64,000 nt of DNA, from assembly GCA_964595725.1 (NCBI GenBank), contig CAZQRQ010000006.1, forward strand, positions 22,165-86,164, written 5' to 3'. The DNA comes from an uncultured Rikenellaceae bacterium (GTDB taxonomy: Bacteria > Bacteroidota > Bacteroidia > Bacteroidales > VadinHA17). The notes below the pieces were generated by a model. The model searched no databases. It had not been told where the DNA came from and saw nothing but the letters and a program-made list of their open reading frames with translations. Numbering within the stretch: the stretch's first letter is position 1; every line of letters starts with the position of its first letter. A program made the translations under genes and the position numbers. Below, one piece after another: positions 36,894 through 45,869 of this stretch.

Positions 36894-39136
36894 TGATAAA
36901 AGGGCTGGTTCAGGGGGTCGGTTTCCGGCCTTTTATTTACAGGCTGGCAACAAACTACCACCTGAAAGGTGAAGTTGATAACAGGACAAATGGAGTTTTG
37001 ATTTCAGTTGAAGGGGAAGAAGAGAATGTTTTCCTGTTCAGGGATGCTGTTCTTAATTCAGCGCCAGCGGCTTCTCAGATAAAATCTGTTGATGTAAGGG
37101 AAAAGAAACTTGCGGGATTTACAACCTTTGAAATAGTACGGAGCCGTGACGATCTGAACCAGATCACTGAAATAAGCCCTGATATAGCTGTTTGTGATGA
37201 GTGTATATCGGATATGACCAATGATGAGAACAGGAAAGACTATCCATTTATAAATTGCACAAACTGCGGTCCCAGGTTTTCAATTATCGAAGGATTGCCT
37301 TACGATCGTGAAATGACCTCAATGAAAGTATTTCCGATGTGCCCTGACTGTGAAAAGGAGTATAATGATATTTCCGACAGGAGATTTCATGCCCAGCCGA
37401 TAGCATGCAATAAATGCGGTCCGGCTTATTCTTACACAGATACCGAAAGGTCGGCAGAAAGAATCAGTGAAATACTGGATTTGATAGCTTTAAGGATCAA
37501 CAGGGGAGAAGCTGTGGCAATCAAGGGATTAGGCGGATATAACCTCGTATGTGATGCCCTGAATGAAAATGCCGTGCATGAGCTGAGATTAAGGAAACAA
37601 AGAGATGCCAAGCCATTTGCTGTAATGTTCCGTGATATTGAGGCAGCAGGGGAGTTCTGTCATCTGACAAAAGAGGAGAGACAATCACTGGAATCATGGA
37701 AAAGACCTATCGTCATACTGGATCAGATGAAATCACTGGCTCCATCTGTGAATAATGGTCTGAATACCGTAGGAGCAATGCTGCCTTACCTGCCTCTTCA
37801 CTACCAGATATTTAAGAAGACAGATACTCCGGCAATAGTACTTACTAGTGGTAATCTCTCTGATGAACCTATTATTATCGATGATGATATAGCTTTTAAG
37901 AAGCTGATGCCTGTTGCCGGGGCTGTTGTGACAAATAACAGGGCGATTGTGAACAGGTGTGATGATTCCGTCATCAGATATTACGATAAGAAACCAGGGA
38001 TGATAAGAAGATCAAGAGGATTCGTACCATCTCCCATTGATCTTAAGATGAATGCAGATGGTATACTGGCTCTGGGGGCCGAGCAAAAAAACACTTTTAC
38101 CATAGGAAGGGATAACCAGGCGATTATGAGCCAGTATATTGGTGATCTCAAAAACTATCCCGCTTATACATTCCTATGTGAGGCTGTTGACAGGTTCAGG
38201 AAGATGTTTCTCTTTGAACCTGCAATGATTGCATGTGACCTTCATCCTGATTATCTTTCTACCTCACATGCCAGGCTTCTTGAAGAGCAACTCGGAATAC
38301 CGCTTGTAAAGGTCCAGCACCATCATGCACACATTGCGTCATGCATGGCTGAACAAAGCCTGGACGAGGAAGTAATTGGTATATGCCTTGATGGTACAGG
38401 CTTCGGAGCCGATGGTAATACCTGGGGCAGTGAATTCTTCAGAGCTGGTCTTTCCGGTTATACAAGGTTGACGCATTTTGATTATATCCCGTTACCGGGA
38501 GGTGATAAGGCGGTTGATGAACCATGGCGAATGGCTGTCTCATATATTTATAAGTATTTTGGCAAAGCATTTAACTACCAATCGGTTCCCTCGCTGAAAC
38601 AAATACCGGATGATAAGATAGCCCTGGTGATCGAGATGATTGAAAAAGGTATTAATACACCGCTTACATCAGGAGCAGGCCGGCTTTTTGATGCTGTATC
38701 AGTGATCACGGGTCTTTGTATTGAGTCTGCCTTTGACTCGGAGGCACCTATGCGTCTTGAATCCATTGCTGATCCCAAGGTCAGGGATCATTATCCTTTC
38801 AGGTTGGGTGAGTGTATTGTCTTCTCAGACACTATAAAAGCTGTTATGGAAGACCTGGGAAAAGCTGATGTGGCGGTTATTGCAGCTAGGTTTCACAACA
38901 CGGTTGCTGAAGCCATTGTCCAGACCGCCATTAAGATTCGTGAAAGTACTTACCTGAACAATGTTGTGCTGTCAGGAGGGGTCTTCCAGAACAGGTATCT
39001 GCTTGAGAGGTGCCTGGGAATGCTTGAAAAAAATAACTTTATAATCAATACCAACAGGCTAGTACCGGCAAATGACGGGGGAATTTCCCTGGGCCAGCTT
39101 GCTGTGGCATCAAAAATCAGAGAATTATGTGTCTGA
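36893..39136 (+). CDS. hypF: [NiFe] hydrogenase maturation carbamoyltransferase HypF
   Basis: 747 aa. Acylphosphatase motif VQGVGFRP, two Zn-finger pairs (CDEC..CTNCGPR, CPDC..CNKCGP), and YrdC-like and Kae1-like domains. The start overlaps the rex stop (TAATG). Confidence 0.95.
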   Translation: MIKGLVQGVGFRPFIYRLATNYHLKGEVDNRTNGVLISVEGEEENVFLFRDAVLNSAPAASQIKSVDVREKKLAGFTTFEIVRSRDDLNQITEISPDIAVCDECISDMTNDENRKDYPFINCTNCGPRFSIIEGLPYDREMTSMKVFPMCPDCEKEYNDISDRRFHAQPIACNKCGPAYSYTDTERSAERISEILDLIALRINRGEAVAIKGLGGYNLVCDALNENAVHELRLRKQRDAKPFAVMFRDIEAAGEFCHLTKEERQSLESWKRPIVILDQMKSLAPSVNNGLNTVGAMLPYLPLHYQIFKKTDTPAIVLTSGNLSDEPIIIDDDIAFKKLMPVAGAVVTNNRAIVNRCDDSVIRYYDKKPGMIRRSRGFVPSPIDLKMNADGILALGAEQKNTFTIGRDNQAIMSQYIGDLKNYPAYTFLCEAVDRFRKMFLFEPAMIACDLHPDYLSTSHARLLEEQLGIPLVKVQHHHAHIASCMAEQSLDEEVIGICLDGTGFGADGNTWGSEFFRAGLSGYTRLTHFDYIPLPGGDKAVDEPWRMAVSYIYKYFGKAFNYQSVPSLKQIPDDKIALVIEMIEKGINTPLTSGAGRLFDAVSVITGLCIESAFDSEAPMRLESIADPKVRDHYPFRLGECIVFSDTIKAVMEDLGKADVAVIAARFHNTVAEAIVQTAIKIRESTYLNNVVLSGGVFQNRYLLERCLGMLEKNNFIINTNRLVPANDGGISLGQLAVASKIRELCV

Positions 39137-39357
39137 GCGTACCGGCACGGGTGATAAGGATTGAAGGACAGATGGCGGATGTCTCAGTGGGAGGAACTGT
39201 ATTCAAAGCGGGTCTTCACATGTTAGAAGATGTCAGCGTGGGAGATTACGTTCTTCTTCATACTGGATTCGCCATCCAGAAGATTAGCGAGGAGGAAGCT
39301 GTTGAGACAATGAAACTCCTTAAGGAAATAGACGAGGCAAACAAGCGGGATGGATGA
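39127..39357 (+). CDS. hypC: hydrogenase assembly chaperone HypC/HupF
   Basis: 76 aa with the characteristic MCLSVPARV N-terminus. Confidence 0.9.
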   Translation: MCLSVPARVIRIEGQMADVSVGGTVFKAGLHMLEDVSVGDYVLLHTGFAIQKISEEEAVETMKLLKEIDEANKRDG

Positions 39358-40439
39358 AGTATATCGAGGAATACCGAAACAGCGATCTGATCCATAGTCT
39401 TGCCACCCTTATTAACAGGGTAGCAGTCAGGGAATATACTTTTATGGAGGTATGCGGAGGACATACTGCTGCCATTCACAGGTTTGGAATTCCTTCCCTG
39501 TTGCCAGCTGGCATAAGGCTTATCTCCGGACCCGGCTGCCCGGTGTGCGTTACCAGCCGGGAATATATCGACAGGGTGGTTGCCTGTTCCGGACTTAAGG
39601 ATGTAATAGTGGCCACATTTGGAGACCTGCTCAGGATACCCGGATCAGATACATCACTCGAAAAGCAGAAAGCTTCCGGGGCAGATATCCGTATCGTTGT
39701 ATCAGCCCTTGATGCTCTTTCGCTTGCAACCGGTAATCCCGGGAAAAAGGTTTTGTTCCCTGCTATAGGTTTTGAAACCACTGCCCCCGGTACCGCGGTT
39801 ACAATAAAGGAGGCTTTTAAAGCCGGGGTAAATAATTTCTTCGTGCTGAGCGCCCATAAGATTATGCCTCCAGCCATGGAACTTCTGATACGGGATGGTG
39901 TAAAGATTGATGGATTTATCTGTCCCGGACATGTGGCAGCAATAACAGGCTCAAAAATATTCGGTTTTATACCGGAGGGATATGGTCTAGGCTGCGTGGT
40001 GACAGGATTTGAGCCAACAGATCTGTTGCAGGCTGTTTATATGCTTGTGCAGCAGGTAAATACGAATAAACCTGAAATCCAGATACAGTACTCCCGGGCA
40101 GTCACATTTTCCGGCAACGAAAAGGCGGTTAATCTCATGGATGAGATTTTTGTAAAGGCTGACGATTACTGGAGGGGATTCGGGATTATACCCGGTAGCG
40201 GCTTAAAGCTTGGGAAAAAGTATGAGAGATTTGACGCAGAAAAGGCAATGCCTGTCAAGGTAAATACCAGGGAAGACGACAGGGCATGTATATGCGGTGA
40301 AATCCTGAGAGGTCTTAAAACTCCCGATGAATGTAAACTGTTCGGGAGCAGATGTAAGCCTGACAATCCTGTTGGAGCCTGCATGGTCTCGAATGAAGGA
40401 GTATGCAATACTTATTATAAATACAGATCCGATGCATGA
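39354..40439 (+). CDS. hypD: hydrogenase formation protein HypD
   Basis: 361 aa with CGGHT, GPGCPVCV, FETT and PGHV motifs. Confidence 0.95.
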   Translation: MKYIEEYRNSDLIHSLATLINRVAVREYTFMEVCGGHTAAIHRFGIPSLLPAGIRLISGPGCPVCVTSREYIDRVVACSGLKDVIVATFGDLLRIPGSDTSLEKQKASGADIRIVVSALDALSLATGNPGKKVLFPAIGFETTAPGTAVTIKEAFKAGVNNFFVLSAHKIMPPAMELLIRDGVKIDGFICPGHVAAITGSKIFGFIPEGYGLGCVVTGFEPTDLLQAVYMLVQQVNTNKPEIQIQYSRAVTFSGNEKAVNLMDEIFVKADDYWRGFGIIPGSGLKLGKKYERFDAEKAMPVKVNTREDDRACICGEILRGLKTPDECKLFGSRCKPDNPVGACMVSNEGVCNTYYKYRSDA

Positions 40440-41439
40440 TATAATTACTTTGAATCATGGCAGCGGGGGGCTTACTGCCAGCAAGCTCATACGGGAGATG
40501 TTTGCTGACAGGTTCGGTATGGATGAACCACTTACAGATTCTGCTGCCGTTGAGCTTCAGGGTTTAATGTTGGCATTTACAACGGACTCGTATGTTATTG
40601 ACCCTGTATTCTTCCCAGGTGGTAATATCGGGAAGCTGGCTGTGTGTGGAACTATTAACGATCTTTGCGTAGCCGGTGCGACACCTCAGTACCTTTCGGC
40701 TGCCTTTATAATTGAAGAAGGATTTCCTGTTGATGAACTGAGGCAGATTGTGGATTCAATGTCAGAAGAATCCCGTGGAGCAGGCGTCAGAATAGTCACT
40801 GGCGATACCAAGGTCGTTGAAAGGGGTAAGTGCGACAGGATTTTTATAACAACTTCCGGTACGGGTATTATAAGGCCTGGACTTGAGCATATTGGCAAAG
40901 CAGATAAGGTGAAGCGGGGAGATTGCCTTCTTATTAACGGACCTCTGGGGAATCACTCAATAGCGGTTCTGGGTGCAAGAAAGGAGCTTTCCTTTACAAC
41001 GCCTGTTACTTCAGATTGTGCATCCCTGAAAGATCTCATCTCAGATATTCTTCAGGTATCCGGTAATGTCCATTTTATGAGGGACCTTACCAGGGGAGGA
41101 CTGGCGTCAGTGCTGAATGAGCTTGCCAATATGATATCTGAAGGTATTGTTGTCGATGAAAGCTCTATACCGGTAGATGAACCGGTTGCAGGCCTGTGCG
41201 AGATGTTCGGGTTTGACCCGTTATACCTGGCCAATGAGGGAAAGCTGCTTGTTGTTGTGTCAGAAGACGATACTGAAAAGGTGCTTAGAGTAATGAGGAG
41301 TAATCCTCTGGGAAGCAACTCGGGTTTAATCGGCAGGATATCCGGTGAGACAGGGGGCAGGGTGGTGGTAAATACTTTTACAGGAGGCAGGAAAATACTG
41401 GATTTACCTTCCGGGACCCAGCTTCCGAGGATATGTTAA
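40432..41439 (+). CDS. hypE: hydrogenase expression/formation protein HypE
   Basis: The start at MHDIITLNHGSGG (40432) overlaps the hypD stop by 8 nt. AIR-synthase-like fold. C-terminal PRIC motif. Confidence 0.9.
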   Translation: MHDIITLNHGSGGLTASKLIREMFADRFGMDEPLTDSAAVELQGLMLAFTTDSYVIDPVFFPGGNIGKLAVCGTINDLCVAGATPQYLSAAFIIEEGFPVDELRQIVDSMSEESRGAGVRIVTGDTKVVERGKCDRIFITTSGTGIIRPGLEHIGKADKVKRGDCLLINGPLGNHSIAVLGARKELSFTTPVTSDCASLKDLISDILQVSGNVHFMRDLTRGGLASVLNELANMISEGIVVDESSIPVDEPVAGLCEMFGFDPLYLANEGKLLVVVSEDDTEKVLRVMRSNPLGSNSGLIGRISGETGGRVVVNTFTGGRKILDLPSGTQLPRIC

Positions 41440-41449
41440 TACTACAATT

Positions 41450-41791
41450 ATGCACGAACTGGCAATAGCAAAGGAATTATCGGGAATAGTCTATGAAGTG
41501 GCCGGAAGGGAAAACCTGGAGAAGGTCACGAAGATTGATGTATGCTTTGGACAGATGATACAGGTTGTCCCCGAGATATTCACTTTTGCCCTCGAGGAAA
41601 CAATACGTGATACGGTTGCAGATGGAGCTGAGATAGCGATAGAAGTGTTGCCGGCGATCCTGCTCTGCAGAAGTTGCGGCAGAGAGTTCAAGCTGGAGAA
41701 CAACACCTTTGTTTGTCCCGGTTGTGGTTCATCTGAGATTGAGATGAAGCAGGGCAGGGAGATATATGTAAAAAGTATAGAAGGAGAATAG
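41450..41791 (+). CDS. hypA: hydrogenase nickel insertion protein HypA
   Basis: 113 aa with the MHE N-terminus and a Zn site CRSC..CPGC. Confidence 0.85.
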   Translation: MHELAIAKELSGIVYEVAGRENLEKVTKIDVCFGQMIQVVPEIFTFALEETIRDTVADGAEIAIEVLPAILLCRSCGREFKLENNTFVCPGCGSSEIEMKQGREIYVKSIEGE

Positions 41792-41793
41792 AT

Positions 41794-42438
41794 ATGGAAA
41801 TCAAGATTATGAAAAACATTCTGGACAGGAACCAGAATAAGGCAAACGAAGTGAGAAAGATACTTCACGAAAACAAGGTTCTGATGGTCAATCTTATTAG
41901 CTCCCCGGGAGCCGGTAAGACTACCCTTCTTGAAAGGACATGTGCGGCATTATCGGAAAGCATTAAGATTGGTGTGATAGAGGGCGATGTTACCACTGAC
42001 AGGGATGCACAACGGCTTGCCAGGTACAATATACCTATAGTGGTTATCAACACTGAAGGCGGTTGTCATCTCGACTCGCACAGCATATCAAAAGTACTGC
42101 CTGAGTTCGACCTTCAGAACCTGGAAATACTTTTTGTGGAAAATGTTGGGAACCTTATCTGCCCCACGGCATTCGACCTTGGCGAAGAATTCAAGGTCGC
42201 AGTTGTCAGCACGGCAGAAGGCGATGATAAACCGGGTAAGTATCCAATGATCTTCAGGGATGCCAGGGCCGTCATACTTAACAAGACAGACCTGATACCG
42301 TATACAAACTTCAGCATGAAGAGTTTCAGGAATGATCTGGCAAGGATCAATTCGAGGGTACCTCTTTTCGAGGTATCATGTACAAAAAAGACCGGCCTTG
42401 ATGCCTGGTATAAATGGTTGAGGGAAAAGATCTTTTAA
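41794..42438 (+). CDS. hypB: hydrogenase nickel incorporation GTPase HypB
   Basis: 214 aa. P-loop SSPGAGKTTLL, CH motif (GGCHLD), ENVGNLICP, NKTDL. No His-rich N-terminal stretch. Confidence 0.9.
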   Translation: MEIKIMKNILDRNQNKANEVRKILHENKVLMVNLISSPGAGKTTLLERTCAALSESIKIGVIEGDVTTDRDAQRLARYNIPIVVINTEGGCHLDSHSISKVLPEFDLQNLEILFVENVGNLICPTAFDLGEEFKVAVVSTAEGDDKPGKYPMIFRDARAVILNKTDLIPYTNFSMKSFRNDLARINSRVPLFEVSCTKKTGLDAWYKWLREKIF

Positions 42439-42444
42439 GAAGCA

Positions 42445-44220
42445 TCAATATATGCTTACTTCCCTTTTCTTTTTTTGTCCCTGCCTGTTGTGAGACTCGA
42501 TAAAACCCATGAAGAAATATCTGGCGTTTATACCCAGAGTCTGTGTCCTGTAACCACCTTCCTGGACAATAAGTGTCGGCAGGTTCAGTTCTCCGATCAT
42601 AGTGCCGTTTTTTTCGAAATCGCCGGAGCCCAGCTTCCATGTTCCCGTCGGATCACCTTTGGCAGTATCAAGCCCGAGAGCAACAACAAGAAAGGCAGGA
42701 TTGAACTTTCTTATTCTTTCAATTGCTTTCGCAAGGGTTTTCCTGTACGTTACACCGTCTATCACTTCTTCCAGGGGGTAATTGATATTATACCCGAATC
42801 CAGCATCAAGACCCCGTTCTTCCCTGAAGCCTGAGAAATAAGGATACGCGAATGACGGATGACCGTGAATCGACACTGTAAGTACATCATTTCTTGAATA
42901 GAAAATCTGCTGCTGCCCGTTGCCGTGGTGGTAATCAATATCCAGGATTGCAACCCGGCCATAACGGCTCAGGAAATTAGCCGCTATCGCATTATTGTTG
43001 AAATAGCAGAATCCACCGAAAACATATCTTTCCGCATGATGACCTGGAGGACGTGTAAGGACGTACGCTGCAGATGTTCCGGAGAGTATCTCGTTGGAGG
43101 CTGTCAGGGCACAGTTCACACCCATACGTGCGGCCATAAAAGCGTTTTTATTTAATGGTGTGAAAGTGTCGATGCAATAGTAACCTGCCCTTACCGAAAG
43201 TTCAATCGGAGGGCGGGAAGAGTTCCTTATGGGAAAAACATAGGGGTAAACAGATTTTCCCTCAGGCAGGTTGCTGCAGACTGTTTTAAAATACCTTACA
43301 TATCCCTTGTCATGAATTTCAAGAATGTACTTTTCAGGGAATTCCTCAGCTTTACCCTGCCTGAATATACCCGTTTTATCCAGTTCCCTGGTTATATAGG
43401 GTATTCTTACCGGCGATTCTACATACCCTCTCTGGTGTATATTGTGTATAGCATGGTGATTGTTTAATATCAGGTATATTTTGTTTCTGTCGGAAAGATG
43501 GGTCCTGAATTCCCTTTTCTTCTCACTTTTTGTATACCTGAATGGCCTTAGTTTTACAGGATCATCATTAATACTGTCAATAACCTTTCTTACATAGTCT
43601 TCAGGGCAATAATCGCTGTAAACCCTTTCCAGGATAGCCTTTACTATCTTCCTGGCGTCTTTCCTTGGAATAGAATCAGATACGCCAAGCCCGTCGTAAA
43701 CAAGGTACGGAGGACAGTCATCCTCAGGTTTGACAACAGTTTCGTAGAGGGTATTCACTATCGGCCTGGCCCCGAACTTTTCATAGAATGCAAGCCTCTT
43801 CGCATTCTGTTCAACGTATTTCCTGTCCCTGCATAATTCGGGATCGTCGGGAAGACATTCAAAAAAAAGGCCTGTGGCGCCCATCGACTCAGATTCCTCC
43901 CTTACCCTCTGGTAGAGGGCCCCTCCAACACCGGAAGAAGTCCTGCCGGGGGTGACTGCTATGAAATCAAGAAAAGAGAAGCTCAGGTCGGGAACATTTT
44001 TCAGCAGGGCAAAACCAAGTATTGTATCTGAAATATTCTCAGCGATAATAAGTGAAGACTGGTATCTGAATTTCAAAGGGTTAATAAGCTGTTCGTCGAG
44101 TATGTCGATCTTTTCCTTCAGCAGGTCCGGGAACTGTGTAGCCATAATAGCCTTTACCTTCTTTACAGCTTCAACATTTGATCCAAGGTATGGATTGATT
44201 ATCTTCCTGATTCTTAACAT
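42445..44220 (-). CDS. fusion protein: N-terminal GNAT-like acetyltransferase domain + C-terminal histone-deacetylase-family (AcuC/acetylpolyamine amidohydrolase-like) domain
   Basis: 591 aa. The N-terminal ~230 aa carries a GNAT acetyl-CoA motif region (TSSGVGGALYQRVREE). The C-terminal region has the HDAC motifs RPPGHHAE, CYFNNNAIAA, ILDIDYHHGNGQQ, GLDTAKGDP and EGGY. Confidence 0.8.
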   Translation of the reverse strand: MLRIRKIINPYLGSNVEAVKKVKAIMATQFPDLLKEKIDILDEQLINPLKFRYQSSLIIAENISDTILGFALLKNVPDLSFSFLDFIAVTPGRTSSGVGGALYQRVREESESMGATGLFFECLPDDPELCRDRKYVEQNAKRLAFYEKFGARPIVNTLYETVVKPEDDCPPYLVYDGLGVSDSIPRKDARKIVKAILERVYSDYCPEDYVRKVIDSINDDPVKLRPFRYTKSEKKREFRTHLSDRNKIYLILNNHHAIHNIHQRGYVESPVRIPYITRELDKTGIFRQGKAEEFPEKYILEIHDKGYVRYFKTVCSNLPEGKSVYPYVFPIRNSSRPPIELSVRAGYYCIDTFTPLNKNAFMAARMGVNCALTASNEILSGTSAAYVLTRPPGHHAERYVFGGFCYFNNNAIAANFLSRYGRVAILDIDYHHGNGQQQIFYSRNDVLTVSIHGHPSFAYPYFSGFREERGLDAGFGYNINYPLEEVIDGVTYRKTLAKAIERIRKFNPAFLVVALGLDTAKGDPTGTWKLGSGDFEKNGTMIGELNLPTLIVQEGGYRTQTLGINARYFFMGFIESHNRQGQKKKREVSIY

Positions 44221-44244
44221 AAATGAACTTGTATAGTATTAATA

Positions 44245-45057
44245 TTATGATTTTCTCATCGTTATTACCCTCTGTGGGAAAGGTATGGTTATCCCGTTCT
44301 TGGCAAAAAGATCAAAGATCCTGATCCTGATCTCGCTCTTTACATTTTCTACCCTGAATACTTCATCAGACCAGAACATTAGTTGAAGATCCACGGAAGA
44401 ATTTCCGAAGTCGACAAGTCTTACAAAAGGTTTTGGTTTCTTCAGAACATGTTTATGCTCCTCAGCTACTTTATCCATTATATGCATAGCCTTATGGATA
44501 TCGGATGCGTAATCAACGCCAACCAGGATTTCAAACCTTGAAGTAAGATGTCCATGTGTCCAGTTAATTAGCTGGCTGCTGGTAAGTGCCGAATTTGGGA
44601 GTATAATGTATTTGTCATCTCTGGTTAGCACCGTCGTAGTGCGGATATTTATCTTCTGAACCTTCGCCACAAGTCCGTTTATCTCGATGATGTCATTTAC
44701 CTTGACCGAGGAGTCCAGGAGTACAATGACACCCGAGACAAAGTCATTAAACAGGTTCTGAAGTCCCAGGCCCACACCTACCAGCAGAGCGGCAGAACCT
44801 GCCAGCATCACCTTTATGTTAACTCCCAGGATGGTCAGTGAAGTTATGAATGCAGTTAATATCAGCATGTATTTTATGATCTGATATATTGCATACTGCT
44901 TTGATTCGTGTATCCTGAAATTCTTACCAATGATTCGCTTAAACAACTTAAGGAACAGCCAAACCGTAATTACTATAAGAAGAATTGCCGAAACATTCAT
45001 CACGGTCAGGGTATAGGACCCTATCTCGAGTAACCTGTATTCAAGGATCTTTTCCAT
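44245..45057 (-). CDS. small-conductance mechanosensitive channel (MscS family)
   Basis: 270 aa. Three N-terminal TM helices followed by the MscS beta-domain pattern (VKVNDIIEINGLVAKVQKINIRTTTVLTRDDKYIILPNS). Confidence 0.85.
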   Translation of the reverse strand: MEKILEYRLLEIGSYTLTVMNVSAILLIVITVWLFLKLFKRIIGKNFRIHESKQYAIYQIIKYMLILTAFITSLTILGVNIKVMLAGSAALLVGVGLGLQNLFNDFVSGVIVLLDSSVKVNDIIEINGLVAKVQKINIRTTTVLTRDDKYIILPNSALTSSQLINWTHGHLTSRFEILVGVDYASDIHKAMHIMDKVAEEHKHVLKKPKPFVRLVDFGNSSVDLQLMFWSDEVFRVENVKSEIRIRIFDLFAKNGITIPFPQRVITMRKS

Positions 45058-45388
45058 TTTTATTTATGAATATGAAGGATTTACTAATTGTTTGATGACC
45101 ATCGATCCGGTACACCTTTTAACAAGATAATAAAAAAAAATGATTATTAATAATCCGGCTATCATTTTTGTTATTAACGGATTATTTGCTAACTTATAAC
45201 AATATTACCAGTTTGAACCTGGCTGCAAGATTTGTTAAAATCGGTCTGAAAACTTACAATAGTTTATTTTCATTCTAAATTAAAAAGTATGACATAAGTA
45301 AGTTTTTTATTGATCCTATTGTTTTTAAATTCACAGTTTCAAAAATTTTTAGTTTTTCTAATAAAAATAATTTAAAATTTTAACCGAA

Positions 45389-45856
45389 ATGTATCACGTT
45401 GGAAATCTGGTAAAGGAGCTGACTGAAAAGCATGGAAGGACCAGGGAAAGCCTGATGCCAATCCTGCAGGGTATAGTGAGCAAGCATAATTACCTTACTG
45501 ATGAAGCCATGGTCGAGATTGCAAAAGAGCTTGACATATCTGCAGCAGAGGTTTACGGGACAGCATCCTTCTACACATTCCTCGACACGATTCCGAGGGG
45601 AAAGTATATTATTAGGGTATGCAAAACGATAACATGTTCCATGAAGGGGAAAAATGATATTCTTCAGACTATTGAGGATATGTTGAAGATCAAGGTGGGA
45701 CAGACAACCTCGGATAACCAGTTCAGCTTGCTGGAGACCAATTGTATAGGATGGTGCCACAAGGCTCCTGCTATACTTATAAATGAAATACCTTATACCG
45801 AGCTGACTACGGAGAAGGTAGTGGAGATTATCAAAGGTTATATGCAAAACATTTAA
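45389..45856 (+). CDS. NuoE/HydC-like [2Fe-2S] thioredoxin-fold subunit
   Basis: 155 aa with Cys ligands CKTITC and CIGWCH. First gene of the [FeFe] hydrogenase operon. Confidence 0.85.
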   Translation: MYHVGNLVKELTEKHGRTRESLMPILQGIVSKHNYLTDEAMVEIAKELDISAAEVYGTASFYTFLDTIPRGKYIIRVCKTITCSMKGKNDILQTIEDMLKIKVGQTTSDNQFSLLETNCIGWCHKAPAILINEIPYTELTTEKVVEIIKGYMQNI

Positions 45857-45869
45857 TACCAGGACAGAC

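Noticed and set aside
40327-40431. Longer hypE ORF start at 40327 from the track
   Set aside because: It would overlap hypD by 113 nt and add a non-conserved extension. The ATG at 40432 gives the canonical MHD..LNHGSGG N-terminus.
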